Shown here: positions 37,871 to 51,047 of the stretch, in pieces
Layout: the number at the start of each line of letters is the position of its first letter
Position numbering within the stretch: the first letter of the stretch is position 1
Assembly: GCA_030704615.1 (NCBI GenBank)
Contig: CM060732.1
Span: forward strand, 1,178,001-1,242,000
DNA from: Takakia lepidozioides
Taxonomy: Eukaryota; Plantae; Bryophyta
DNA length: 64,000 nt
Reading direction: 5' to 3'
Made by a program: the position numbers and the translations under genes
Notes under the pieces: generated by a model
What the model saw: only the letters and a program-made list of their open reading frames with translations
Databases searched by the model: none
Told to the model about the DNA's origin: nothing

Positions 37871-40293
37871 AGACGTGACACAGCCAACCACAGCCCATCA
37901 CGACGTGACACAGCCTATCACAGCCCAGCAAGGCGCAACACAGCCTATAACAACCTACCACAGCGTGTCACAGCCTATCACAGCTTACCACAGTGCATCA
38001 CAGCCTATCACAGTGTAACACAGTATGACACAGCCTGTCACAGCTCAACACAGCCTACTAAAGTTACACCATCCATAGAATCAGTGACAAGTGGACACAT
38101 AATAACTTCAGGAAAATGGATGACGGAAGAGGAAACGGAAATTACTTTAAAAATAGACACGTGGAGGTCAGGACGCGACACACAGCAGACAATGAAGTGC
38201 AAGGACAGGTGTCAAAAAGAAAGAAGACAAGAACGGCCGTCAAAAGGGATGAAAGCCAGGCCCATTAATGAGTACGGAAAAAGGGAAACGGAACAAACGG
38301 CAAGTACAGAAAAGCCGAATTCTTGTCACATGTGTGATCCTAGTGGACTATCCAAGAGGGAAAGTCCACTAAAGAAGATAAAATCTAAAATCCAGTCACA
38401 GCGGATACAGCCAATAGAAAACCAGAGAAAGGATCAAGAAAATGGAGGGAAATTGAGCGCAAGAGGCGGCGTCGTTCTGAGTAACGGGCGTCTCGACAGG
38501 ACAAGCCATAAATGCTATAACTTGGAAACTATGGAGGAACTAACAGACTATACGCTCGCAATATTACTTACGCAGTGGCATAGACACGAAAGGACAGAGC
38601 AGAGCCTTTCTCTTGAGCAATGCTTGCAAGCCCCGCAGGCTTACAAGAAATTACCCATAGCTTTCTGCGGCAACCATACGTTTATGCTTTGTGCACTACA
38701 GGCATTCCTGCAGTTGTTACAGCCAAAACAGTTCTGTGAGTCTAAATGAAGAGAGTGAGAGGAATGGAGGAAATCAGGGTGAAGAGCACCACAATTCTGC
38801 AGAAACAAACGATGCTACCCCACAGGCGATAAAGATACTGGAGGAGCTGAGATTGGAAGGATTGCAAAGCCTGGATTGGACACTACACCATAGACAGTAC
38901 ATGTTACAATTTTTGCAGAACTTTGAGCCAGGACAGGAACAACAACGGTGAAGGGAGTTGAATTAATGATTACTCCCCTATACCTCCAGCAATTGTTTCG
39001 ATTGCCAGCAGGTCAGGTGCATGTGGAGGAACACAGGGCAAGACTGCAAATAGGGACTTATTCCAAGAAGGGAGTTTCTTTAAAACTCAGGGTTATGCTT
39101 GTACCAAAGCTGTGTACCCAGGGTTAAAAGAGATAGGCCAGGTATTGAACGTTCTGATTGCCCTGAAACAGAACCAACAATATTTTAGCAGATCCTTCAT
39201 AGAGGAAATACTCAAAGGCCTGAAGGGACAAGAGGTACAATGGGCGGACATAATGTACAACGCACTAGTAGAGAGATGAAAAGATTACAAGGTACTACCG
39301 CAAAGTCTCCTATCATTGTCTGGCCCAATCATTGCTCAAATAATCCTTAATTCTGGCATACTTAATGCACAAGAAATGAAGGAAATGGGAGTGTTTGAGC
39401 CAGAAACAACTGCAATGGAAGAGCAAGGCTCTTCACACAGTGAGGGTGGACTAGCAGCACAACCCGAGACTAAGAGGCAGAGACGGGGAAAGACTGTAGT
39501 GGCGGATCCACTGGCTTCACGGATTCCGCATGATAATGTTTCCCAAGCTCATGGCCAGGAAGGGGCACAGCAGCACAGAGAAATGCTATTACTGGAAGCA
39601 GGACCTTCAGAGGGAGGAGGAAGTTACTTCTGTATCACAACCATCACAGCCACAGATGATCGGACTTGTCACAAGGGTCACAAGTTATCCATGCAGCTCA
39701 ACCCGAAATAATTGATTTGGAAAGTGAAGGGTTAGATATTCCAACTACAGAACAGATAGTGGCAGAAATAGAGAAAGGGGACCTTCTCTATGAATATTCT
39801 GGTCTGGTCAAGGAGACAGAAATCCAGAGGTGCAACAGTTGCCCAAGGGAAATCCTGAGGTGCACATATAATACACACACCTGTGTCGGAGGTACCACAG
39901 GCGGAAGGTCATGACACTGTAGCACCGGTGATAGATGAAGTAGTTCAGGAAGAAAATCCGGTGGGACAATGGCCTGAATGGTTAGTGAGACATCACACTG
40001 TTGAAGATCAGGGAGGAACAGCAGCAACCTCACCATGATGACCCTCAACAGGCAATGCTGATGAGTTCCATAGGCAGGACACTTAATTTGTTGGGGACTT
40101 ATGTCAAATCCCATGTTCCAATTACCCAATTGACAGCCTTGAGAGAGGAACTCAGGAAGGAGTTTGAGGCTCGACTTGCCACTGAGTGTGCAAACAAGGT
40201 CGATGAAGAGGTCCACTCTCAAGATGAAGCAGGACTTGGCAATACAGAATTGCTGCTTATGCAGTTGGCCAAGCAACAATTGATTGAGGCAGG

Positions 40294-40793
40294 NNNNNNN
40301 NNNNNNNNNNNNNNNNNNNNNNNNNNNNNNNNNNNNNNNNNNNNNNNNNNNNNNNNNNNNNNNNNNNNNNNNNNNNNNNNNNNNNNNNNNNNNNNNNNNN
40401 NNNNNNNNNNNNNNNNNNNNNNNNNNNNNNNNNNNNNNNNNNNNNNNNNNNNNNNNNNNNNNNNNNNNNNNNNNNNNNNNNNNNNNNNNNNNNNNNNNNN
40501 NNNNNNNNNNNNNNNNNNNNNNNNNNNNNNNNNNNNNNNNNNNNNNNNNNNNNNNNNNNNNNNNNNNNNNNNNNNNNNNNNNNNNNNNNNNNNNNNNNNN
40601 NNNNNNNNNNNNNNNNNNNNNNNNNNNNNNNNNNNNNNNNNNNNNNNNNNNNNNNNNNNNNNNNNNNNNNNNNNNNNNNNNNNNNNNNNNNNNNNNNNNN
40701 NNNNNNNNNNNNNNNNNNNNNNNNNNNNNNNNNNNNNNNNNNNNNNNNNNNNNNNNNNNNNNNNNNNNNNNNNNNNNNNNNNNNNNNNNNNNN
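40294..40793. other. Assembly gap (500 N)
   Basis: Run of N. Confidence 1.
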
Positions 40794-40850
40794 TTAAGGG
40801 TACCCTACAGATCCCGTATAAGTGTCTAAGTCCCCGACAGTCCTCTAACA
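40794..40850 (-). mobile_element. 5' tip of another family 1 LTR, inserted in the chromovirus integrase
   Basis: Revcomp of 30058-30114. The chromovirus sequence resumes at CGTCTAAGTG. Confidence 0.9.
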
Positions 40851-43800
40851 CGTCTAAGTGTTCCACCCAGTCTGTTTGGTCTGCCGACACGTAATTCCGC
40901 AAGATCTGCTTCACTACGGAATTCACTCTTTCCATTTGGCCGTCGGTCGTAGGTCGGAAGGCGGTGCTCATCTTCAGCCTCATCTCCATCTTCTTCTAAA
41001 GTGCCCTCCAAAATTTACTCGTAAACTTTGGATCGCGGTCCGAGACAATATCCTTTGGGACTCCATGATGCTTTAAGATGTGGGCGAAGTAAAGTCGCCC
41101 TGTTTCTTGTGCCGTTGCCGTCTCCTTGGTGGGGATGAAATGGCCCATTTTACTGAACCTATCCACCACCACCATGATTGCATCGAATCCTTTTGACAGC
41201 GGCATAGCAGTCATCAAATCCATCGAGACGCTTTCCCAAGTCCCCTCTGGAATCGGCAAGGGTTGTAACAGCCCCGCTTGCTTTTTGTACTCGCTCCGGT
41301 TTGTTGGCATGTGGTGCATGTCTTGACATACTCCTCTGCCTCCTCCCTCAGTTTGGGCCAGAAATACTCTTTCTTCAAGAGTGCCGCAGTGCAATTGGCT
41401 CCGCCGTGGCCCGCAAGCGGGCTATCATGGCATTCTCTCAAGAGGCTATCTCTGATCCCTCCCTTCGGCATGTAGAGACGCTTTTGCTTATACCGGAGCA
41501 GTCCATTTTGCAAGTGGAACTGCGATTTAACCCCCATCCTCAAGTCCTGCATCACGGACTTCACCAGCTCATCCTTTCGGCAAGCCTTCCGGATCTTCCT
41601 TTGGAGCGCCGTCTCGCCCCTGTACACCAACAAAAGCTGCTGCTTTCTACTTAAGGCATCGGCCACCACGTTGTCCCGTCCCGGTTTGTACTGGATATCC
41701 ACGTCGAACACCACCAAAGTATCTTGCCACCTAAGTTGTTTTGGGGACAACTTGGGCTGCGTGGCAAAATACTTCACCGTGACATTGTCCGTGAACACCT
41801 TCACTGGGTTGGAACCAACATAGTGGCGCCAAAGCTCAAGACAGTGCACCACCGCCTTCATCTCTTTCTCGTGCATCGGCCACCGTCGCTCCACTTCATT
41901 CAGTTTCTTACTTTTGTAAGCCATTGGGCGTCCATCTTGCATCAGTACACCCCCAATCGCGAAGTCCGACGCATCTGTATGAATCTCGAACAGACGATCG
42001 AACTCTGGGATTTTCAAGACTGGAGCTTCCGCCATCCGCTGCTTCAATTCAGCAAAAGCTTGGCCACAAAAAGTGTTCCATGCCCAGACTTTGGACTTAC
42101 ACAGAAGGTCTGACAGCGGCCCCGCAATCTTGGCAAAATTTCTCACATACTTCCGGTAATAGGAGGTGAGTCCTAGGATGGATCGCACTCCCGGGACCGA
42201 AGTCGGAGGCTCCCAGTCCAAGATTGCCCTCACCTTCCTGTCATCCATTCTGATCCCATCCTGTGTAATCACATGCCCCAGGAACTCCACTTTTGTGACC
42301 CCGAATTCGCACTTTGAAGCCTTGGCATACAGCTTCCCTTCCCGCAATTTCTGGAACATCCTTTTGAGGTGCTCCAGGTGGTCCTCCTTTGTTTTCGAAT
42401 ACACCAAGATGTCGTCGATGTACACGATCACAAAGTCATCCAACCACTCGCTGTTCATCAGCGTGCTAAAGGTCGCGGGAGCGTTGGTGAGTCCAAAAGG
42501 CATCACCAAGAACTCATATGATCCATACCTTGTCCTGCACGCGGTCTTCTCCTCATCTCCTTCCGCCACTCGAATTTGATGATAGCCGGAGCGCAGATCG
42601 ATCCGGCTGAAATACTTCGCTCCTGCCAACCGATCGAAAAGGTCGTCGATCCTTGGCAAAGGGTACCGGTTTTTTATAGTCACCTTATTCAAAGCCCTGT
42701 AATCGACACACATCCGCAGCGTCCCATCCTTCTTGTCTGCGAATAGCACCGGGGCTCCGTAAGGTGACTTACTCGGCCGGATGTACCCCTTTGACATTAG
42801 ATCTTTGAGCTGAGTCTTCAGCTCGACCAACTCTCTGTGGCTCAACCGGTAGGGCGCCTTGGCAGGCGGTTCCGATCCCGGTATCACCTCAATCTTGTGG
42901 TCAACTCCTCTTCGCGGTGGCAAGCCGCTTGGTAAATCCTCCGGCATCACATCCTGGTATTTCTCCAAAATCCCCTTGATCCAATCTGGGCTCGGCTCCC
43001 CATCGCCTTCTCCCTTCACTTCTCTAATATAGAGCAAAAACTGGGGCTCGTGTGCCTCCTCCACGGCCCACTCCCTTGCTGACATGAGGTTTATTCGCCC
43101 TCCCACGGGTTTGGGCATTTCCGACACTCGTAAGACCTTGCCACCATTCCCACATGGCAGCGTGACTACTCTCTTGCGGCCATCTATGACCGCTCCGGAT
43201 TTGCTCAAAAAGGTTATCCCCAAAATGAGATCCACTCCATCGATCTCGCAGATGGTGAAGTTCTCACGTCCCTCCCAACTCCCCTGTTGAAGAGGAACAT
43301 CAAACGCCAACCTTGTCGCCAATTGCGGTTCTCCTTTGGTAGAACGCACCTCAATAGAGGCCCCCACGTCACTTGTCGGGAGTCCCAGCTTTTGTGCTGT
43401 TGCCGGTGTCATGAAGGAGTGCGATGCTCCTGTGTCCACCAACAACGACACGTTAGTTCCGGATATTATCCCATCCACGAACAATAACTGACTCCCTTTA
43501 CGTAAGGCGCCAGTTTCCTGATACAACTCACAAGAGAATTTGCCTACCTTGCAAGTCCTGGCGACCACCGCTTCCACCAAGCGACTGATGGTATCTTTCG
43601 ACAACTCTGTGGTCGCCCGAGTCATGTTCAATTTCCGGGGCTTCGTGCACTTCTTGGCCATGTGCCCGGGCTCCCCGCAATTGAAACACACTCCATCAAA
43701 GGTCGCCTTTTGTCCGCCATAAGCCGCTCCACCCGCTTTTCCTTTCGAAGCACCGGGTGCCGCCTTGACTTATGAAGGCCCTCCCTTCGATTTCCACGTG

Positions 43801-44749
43801 CCATTGTCGCCGCGTGGCCTATCCCACTTCTTTTCCGGTCGGAAGGAGTCACCTTCCCGCCGGGTCTTCTTGTGGTTCAGCTCCGTACGGCCTTGTCTTT
43901 CACCCTTAGGGACATCCGAGAAACATTTAGCCCTCTCAATTGCCTCGTTCAAAGTCTTAGGTGGCTTCTCTTCCAACTTCCGCCTGGCCCATGGGGCCAG
44001 TCCCGCCACAAAGTTGAAGACCATTTCTGGTTCTGCCATGTCCGCGACTTCGAGCAACAGCACATTGAAAGCCTGGACATATCCCCGAATGTCATCTGTT
44101 TGCTTCAAATTCCTCATCTTGTCCCGGGCGAGCCAGGACGCGTTGAGGGGCATAAACTGCCTCTTCATCAATTCCTTGAACCCACTCCAGTTCAAGGTTT
44201 CCGGGCTTGGACCTCGGTCGTGAAGGCGTTTCTGCCACCATTGTTGAGCATAGCCCCTCAAATAGGTGGGAGCCACTTCCACCCGATCCTCGTCACTCAA
44301 CTTGGCCGCCCGGAAGTACTGCTCCAGCTCCAAGAGCCAGGTGTTGAGTGCCTTCCGATTTCGGACTCCCTCAAAGGTATCGGGTTCCTTCGGCTTCACC
44401 TTAAACTTTGCCTTAGTGGAAGTGGTATTAGCTGCCTTCAACACGTCTTTCAACGTCCCGCCAAATTGCGCCAACAACCCTTCCCAAAAGGCTGCCGGCA
44501 TGGGAGGCATATGTTGGTCGGTCGGAGCTCTCAAGGATTCCTCAGGCTCCAACTCCTCAGATTCCTTCCGCTCTTGAGCGGCCGTGTTTTCGGAAACATG
44601 CATCGCTTCCTCAAACGGCCGCCTCGGTGACACGTCGCCCCCATCGGGCTCACCAGGATCATCATCTTTTGGGCCGTTCCGCTTTTGCTTTGGCTTGCCC
44701 GACCCCATGATGAGGCCAATCCCAAGGACGATCGCGTACTGAACTCTAA

Positions 44750-44761
44750 GCTCTGATACCA
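44750..44761 (-). promoter_or_regulatory. Primer binding site, initiator tRNA-Met
   Basis: TGGTATCAGAGC on the minus strand, 2 nt after the LTR-terminal ACA. Confidence 0.92.
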
Positions 44762-44763
44762 AA

Positions 44764-45490
44764 TGTCGCGCACCTCACTTCGGTAAGCTCCCCCCTCAAG
44801 TCATAGTTACTCGCTTGATGCGCGTGCCTAACTCCCAACCTAGCCGCTGGGCCAATTTGGAGCTTCGGCTGCTCACCGGGACATAACGGTCCCCCCTTGA
44901 TCTCCCAAAGAACCCTCCAACGATTTAGAACCAGCGGAATTCCCTTTGGTAGTTGGCAGTCCGGAACAGCTCCCCACTCTTTGGTCGCTTTCCGGCTCAC
45001 TCGCTTACTCACTAGCTTTTGATCACCAACGGGCTTGCACCGTTCTCGGGGTTACTACTCCTTATATATACTTTTGTAGCTGTCCGCGGGGGTTTCACAA
45101 ACAACCATGCCATTTTATGGCGAACCACCACGAACACCCTCGACTCCCGGTGATGAGTCGCGGTGAGTCTTGGCCCACCCACCACGGCCCCTATGGACCG
45201 TGATGAGTCCCAAGACTCCCCACGATTCCCACCACGAGGTCTCCGCCCCAGGGTGAGTCCTATGCCACCCCCACTAAGTCCTGCTAAGCTACCACCACCC
45301 CTTGTGGAGCCACCCCCACCGCAACCCGGTATGCGGGGCTCCACCTAGTGAGCGCCTCCGCCTCCTTGAGTGCCTTGGGCACTCAAGGGTGCTTCAGCCC
45401 CCCCACACCTATCGCTGCCACTGCCCCCACCACAGGGGCAGCCCCTCTCGTGTCCCGACCCCCCTGCCCTCAAGGCAAAGGGCCGCGACA
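44764..45490 (-). repeat. 5' LTR of chromovirus copy B
   Basis: TGTCGCG...CGCGACA ends. Homologous to 18483-19211. Confidence 0.92.
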
Positions 45491-45494
45491 CCGC

Positions 45495-47700
45495 ATGCCT
45501 GCAGGATGGAAATTCGGCGCCGGTTTTTTATCCTGCAGCGCTCCGGTTTACCTGCTGGATGGAAATTCGGCGCCGGTTTTCCATCCTGCAGCGCTCCGGT
45601 TTACGTGCTGGATGGAAATTTGGCGCCGGTTTTCCATCCTGCAGCGCTCCGGTTTACGTGCACGATGGAAATTCGGCGCCGGTTTTACATCCGGCCGCGC
45701 TCCCGCTTGCCTGCAGGATGGAAATTCGGCGCCAGTTTTCCATGGGGCCGCGCTCCCGCTTGCCTGCAAGATGGAAATTCGGCTATGGTTTTCCATCCTG
45801 CAGCGCTCCGGTTTACCTGCAGGATGGAAATTCGGCGCCGGTTTTCCATCCTGCAGCGCTCCGGTTTACTTCCACGATGGAAATTCGGCGCCGGTTTTCC
45901 ATCCGGCCGCGCTCCCGCTTGCCTGCAGGATGGAAATTCGGCGCCGGTTTTCCATCCTGCAGCGCTCTGGTTTACTTCCACGATGGAAATTCGGCGCCGG
46001 TTTTCCATGCGGCCGCGCTCCCGCTTGCCTGCAGGATGGAAATTCGGCGCCGGTTTTCCATGCGGTCGCGCTCCCGCTTGCTTACAGGATGGAAATTCGG
46101 CGCCGGTTTTCCATCCTGCCGCGCTTCGGTTTACTTCCACGATGGAAATTCGGCGCCAGTTTTCCATCCGGCAGCGCTCCCGCTTGCCTGCAGGATGGAA
46201 ATTCGGCGCCGGTTTTCCATCCGGCCGCGCTCCCGCTTGCCTGCAGGATGGAAATTCGGCTCTGGTTTTCCATCCTGCAGCGCTCCGGTTTACCTGTAGG
46301 ATGGAAATTCGGCGCCGGTTTTCCACCCTGCAGCGCTCCGGTTTACTTGCAAGATGGAAATTCGACGCCGGTTTTCCATCCGGCCGCGCTCCCGCTTGCC
46401 TGCAGGATGGAAATTCGGCGCCGGTTTACCATCCGGCCGCGCTCCAGCTTGCCTGCAGGATGGAAATTCGGCACCGATCCTGCAGCGCTCCCGTTTACCT
46501 GCAGGATGGAAATTCGGCGCCGGTTTTCCATCCAGCATCGCTCCGATTTACTTCCACGATGGAAATTCGGCGCCGGTTTTCCATCCAGCATCGCTCCGAT
46601 TTACTTCCACGATGGAAATTCGGCGCCGGTTTTACATCCGGCCGCACTCCCGCTTGGCTGCAGGACGGAAATTCGGCGCCGGTTTTCCATCCTGCAGCGC
46701 TCCGGTTTACCTGCAGGATGGAAATTCGGCGCCGGTTTTCCACCCTGCAGCGCTTCGATTTACTTGCACGATGGAAATTCGGCGCCAGTTTTCCATGCGG
46801 CCGCGCGCCCGCTTGCCTGCAGGATGGAAAATCGGCTCTGGTTTTCCATCCTGCAGCGCTCCGGTTTACCTGTAGGATGGAAATTTGGCGCCGGTTTTCC
46901 ACCCTGCAGCGCTCCGGTTTACTTGCAAGATGGAAATTCGACGCCGGTTTTCCATCCGGCCACGCTCCCGCTTGCCTGCAGGATGGAAATTCGGCGCCGG
47001 TTTACCATCCGGCCGCGCTCCCGCTTGCCTGCAGGATGGAAATTCGGCACCGGTTTTCCATCCTGCAGCGCTCCCGTTTACCTGCAGGATGGAAATTCGG
47101 CGCCGGTTTTCCATCCAGCATCGCTCCGATTTACTTCCACGATGGAAATTCGGCGCCGGTTTTACATCCGGCCGCACTCCCGCTTGGCTGCAGGATGGAA
47201 ATTCGGCGCCGGTTTTCCATCCTGCAGCGCTCCGGTTTACTTGCACGATGGAAATTCGGCGCCAGTTTTCCATGCGGCCGCGCGCCCGCTTGCCTGCAGG
47301 ATGGAAATTCGGTTCAAGTTTTCCATCCTGGAGCGCTCCGGTTTACCTGTAGGATGGAAATTTGGCGCCGGTGTTCCATCCTGCAGCGCTCCGGTTTACT
47401 TACAAGATGGAAATTCGACGCCGGTTTTCCATCCGGCCGCGCTCCCGCTTGCCTGCAGGATGGAAATTCGGCGCCGGTTTTCCATCCTGCAGCACTGCGG
47501 TTTCCTTCCACGATGGAAATTCGGCGCCGGTTTTCCATCCGGCCGCGCTCCTGCTTGCCTGCAGGATGGAAAGTCGGCGCCGGTTTTCCATCCTGCAGCG
47601 CTCCGGTTTACCTGCAGCATGGAAATTCGTCGCCGGTTTTCCATCCGGCCGCGCTCCCGCTTGCCTGCAGGATGGAAATTCGGCGCCGGTTTTCCATCCG
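45495..47700. repeat. 53-bp palindromic tandem array (~41 units) with higher-order periodicity
   Basis: Unit GATGGAAATTCGGCGCCGGTTTTCCATCC plus two or three linker variants. Confidence 0.95.
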
Positions 47701-48149
47701 GCTACTTCTAGATGAGAACGTCTCGGGCGGAGGGAGGGCCACGGTGCGTCCCACGTCATCCGCGGAATGGAAATTCGGCGCCGTTTTTTTCCATCCAGCG
47801 GGCTGTTGATGAAGTCTCGGGGGGAGGGTGGGCCGGGTGGCGCCTCTGGGCGACCTCCATACCTACATTTAAGGGCGCAGTTGCGCATGAAATGTCCTCC
47901 GCCGTCTGTTTTGAACCGGATGTTCCACACGGATACCGCGCTTGCTTCCCGGATACGCCTTCGACACCTGATGTGACGGGTGGATGAAGTTCCATTCGCG
48001 GCATGTACGCACGCATTCTATGGGAGATTTTTTTCTTTTACTTGGACTTATGCCGCGTGGAGAAGGGCATGGCTCTCTTGAGAGAAACCCCACATCTAGA
48101 CCGCGTCGCAAACTGAAGCCTTTGTACTACGGGCGGCAATGCGGCAATG

Positions 48150-51014
48150 CCGACCAGCCGAACGACGACAAAGCGGCAACGCGCCTTCTGTACAAGTACA
48201 TACGCGTTGCCTTTCTTTGATCCGTGGCCATTGTAGTCCCTACATTTCCAGGATGTAAGTTGCCTTATGTGGCGCATGAAAATTAGTTGTGAAGCCCCTA
48301 GAAAAATGGCGCCGAATTTCCTGTTTCCGGCCATGGGGCGGATGGCTAAGCCCCGGGGGTGGCTAGCACAGTCTGGAAATTCGGCGCCATTTTTCCAGTT
48401 CCGGGTCCAGTCAGTTCTAGGACTTAGCCATTTTCGGACCCTGTACTGGAAAAATGGCGCCATTTTTCCAGTACAAGGTCCGAAAATGGCTAAGTCCCTG
48501 GGGCGGATGGCACATATTCTGGAAATTCGGCGCCATTTTTCCAGTTCCGGGCCCAGTCATTTCTGGGACTTAGCCATTTTCGGACCCTGTACTGGAAAAA
48601 TGGCGCCATTTTTCCAGTACAAGGTCCGAAAATGGCTAAGTCCCTGGGGCGGATGGCACATATTCTGGAAATTCGGCGCCATTTTTCCAGTTCCGGGCCC
48701 AGTCAGATCTGGGACTTAGCCATTTTCGGACCCAGTCTGGAAAAATGGACGTGATTCTGTCTGTGTTTTTTGAATGCAGGTACTGTAAGTTCTCCATGTT
48801 GGAGAAAGGTCATCTATCCTTCCAGCCGCCATTCTTCCTCGCATGGAGGAACCCTGGAGCTGACTCCATGTACACTGACGTTATCGTGAAGGAGTGACAT
48901 CTGGAGCATTTGCGCGACTGCCCTTGGTGTGTGGACCTTCCGCCCGGCTCGCTCGACTCATCCGAGTTCCAATTGAAGCTGGATGCAGAGGCCCGACAAA
49001 ACCGGGCTCCGCTGCCTCCGCTGCCTCCGCTGGGTCCAAAGAAGGCGAAAGCGCTTGCCAAGTCCAGGAAAGCGGCAGAGCTTGCTCAGGCAGGTATTCA
49101 GGAGAAATTGAATGAGAAGAATAAAGGACAAATGAAAAGGACACGGAAACGGGGAGTAAAGTAACCCCCAAAAAACCGAAAACCACCGGGGCACCAGAGG
49201 AGGCGCAGGAGGGGCCCCAAGGGAGTGACTCCGACGACGACTTTGTGCAAGGTCCTGCGACTGCTGTTGCTGCTACCAAGTCACCGGTCATCCGGGTTCC
49301 CAAGTCAGTTCGGACTGGGACTGGCTCTGCCAAGAAGTTGGCATTTGAGGGTGAGCCTACACGGCGGTATTCGGCGGTGACGTTTCCGCAAAGGCCAAAG
49401 CTAGAATCCCCAACTATCATGCAATGCGTCAATGAGAGCTTTCTTGACGCTCTGGCTGCCAGGGTGAAGAAGGTGGCACACAGCAAGTCTCTGGAGGAGC
49501 TGAAGGGGAAAGCCAAGAAGAGGGCTGCTGCTACAGAGCCTAAAGACACCCCTGGTTTGGAAGCCATGATGGAATTCTTCACGGCTGTGAGCACGGATTG
49601 CAAGAGCACTCGGGGGGGGGGGGGGGTTGAGGTGGAGAGAGCCTACGATATGATTCTCCTCGATATTCCAGATGGGGAGCTGCTGGAGGGCCTGGATGGT
49701 GTGCCCACTTGGAACAGGTTTACGGAGGACTACTGGAGAGCCGGGTTTGGGCTGGCGGGGATGCTCCTGGATGACGATGGATGTATGGTGGTCCTTGCCA
49801 CAAGAGGGAAGACCACAGAGAATATTGTGGCAAGGTGGACACCAAAAAATGTCACCCCGGTCCTCCTAAAAAAATGGTTCTGCATCAATACGCAGGGGTT
49901 GCGAACAGAGGACCAGAGTGTAAGTTATCAATCTATTGCATTCACTTCATATTGTGGTGTATCTACATGCTACTAACCGCCCGCTTTGTCCCTTAGGTGC
50001 TTCAATGTGGGCAGGGACGTTGTCCGACAGGCATGTCTTCGCCTTCGAGCCAGATACTGCCCTCCACAACTCTCAACTTGCAGCGGCTGAACGTCTGCCG
50101 AAAGAGGAAGAGGCAACCTTGGAGGATGAGGAAGAATCCGAGAAGGAGGTGGGGGAGGTACAAGTTGGGATCGAGGCCGATGAGCCCCCGGTTTACGAGT
50201 GAGTGGTCGCATTGTAAGTTGCCTCTTGATTCTGTGAGGCACCTCCCTTCGCTCTCTTATTTCATTGAAAGACCCTTTTTGGCTTCTGCTGGTATTGACA
50301 TTCTTAAAGTGGATTTGTTCTTACTGTAGGATGCCAAGTACTGCAGGAGGGACGTCTACACCGCAGTTCATGGGCAGGAGGAACATGCCTTTCTTTGCCA
50401 GGGAGGATTTCATGTCGAGTCCAGAAAGGGACTACATCCTTCCTACTTATGTTGCCCGGCTTGCTTCGGTGTCCATTAGGTGGTCTTCCGAACCTAGTCG
50501 TGTACAACAGATTTTAGACGAGGCAAGCCTCAAGAAAATGAAGATGAGGGAGGAGGCAACAGCTATTAGAGCCCGTCAGGCTCGTAGATTTGTCTTGGAT
50601 TCTGCTAAGGAAAGTGGGGGCAGAAGATTCCCAGGAGGTGAGGTGGATAGTCCCCCAAGGAGAGGACGGAATTTTTGAGAGGCATAGTGGAACTGATGCA
50701 TCACAGAGCTCGGAGGATGGGGGGGATGAGGGGGATGAGGAGGAAGGTGGGGCAAGTTCCTCGGAGGGTGTAAGAGAGTAGTGCCCATTCCGGCTATGAC
50801 AGTTATGACACACTTGTATAGATGTGGCTTGCCACAAAATTTGCAATAAAATGTTGCATTTCATTGCTATGACGAGTCCACTGGTGCCACATTCCAACTT
50901 CACATGACCCTATTTCCGTGCCTCCTAACCCTATTTCCGTGGACACACAATGGTCCGCTCATGTTTTTTTTTTTTTCCGCTCATGCTCATGCCGCTCATG
51001 AAATAGCAGCCCCC
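48150..51014 (+). mobile_element. MULE-like family copy A: 3' part of the spliced MTase-like cargo gene plus right TIR
   Basis: Homologous to revcomp 61090-63070 and to 53950-54988. Introns 48255-48779, 49920-49996 and ~50199-50329. YDMILLDIPDG, with the DIPD codons at 49662-49673. Ends GCTCATGAAATAGCAGCCCCC. Confidence 0.75.
48300..48748. repeat. Intronic hairpin repeats
   Basis: GGACTTAGCCATTTTCGGACC-TGTACTGGAAAAATGGCGCCATTTTTCCAGTACA-GGTCCGAAAATGGCTAAGTCC, repeated. Confidence 0.9.
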
Positions 51015-51047
51015 AACCAGCCCACCATCCCTCATCCCCTTTAGACC

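Larger units (their letters stand above)
30058..40293 (+). mobile_element. Ty3/Gypsy family 1, copy 3 (LTR, PBS, ORF0, gag-pol, 3' ORF), running into the gap
   Basis: Begins TGTTAGAGG. Colinear with copy 2, with multiple stops and frameshifts. Confidence 0.95.
40851..45490 (-). mobile_element. Chromovirus copy B: 5' LTR, PBS-Met, gag, pol up to mid-integrase
   Basis: LTR 44764-45490, gag 43770-44712, pol 41214-43691. Confidence 0.94.

Noticed and set aside
30058-40850. Family 1 copy 3 having terminal inverted repeats
   Set aside because: The inverted LTR tip lies across a gap and in a different target (chromovirus integrase vs CACTA). It is best read as another copy.
40001-40989. ORFs spanning the N run
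   Set aside because: Gap artefacts.
18483-45490. A single chromovirus spanning both LTRs
   Set aside because: The flanks differ (TCATG vs CCGCA), and pol is present twice with divergence. These are two separate copies.
45495-47700. CRISPR-like appearance (palindromic repeat plus spacer)
   Set aside because: The linkers are two or three recurring variants rather than unique spacers. There are no cas genes and the context is eukaryotic.
45302-47809. Long ORFs (835 aa, 787 aa and others) over the array
   Set aside because: Artefact of a stop-poor 53-bp unit cycling through all frames. No domain content.
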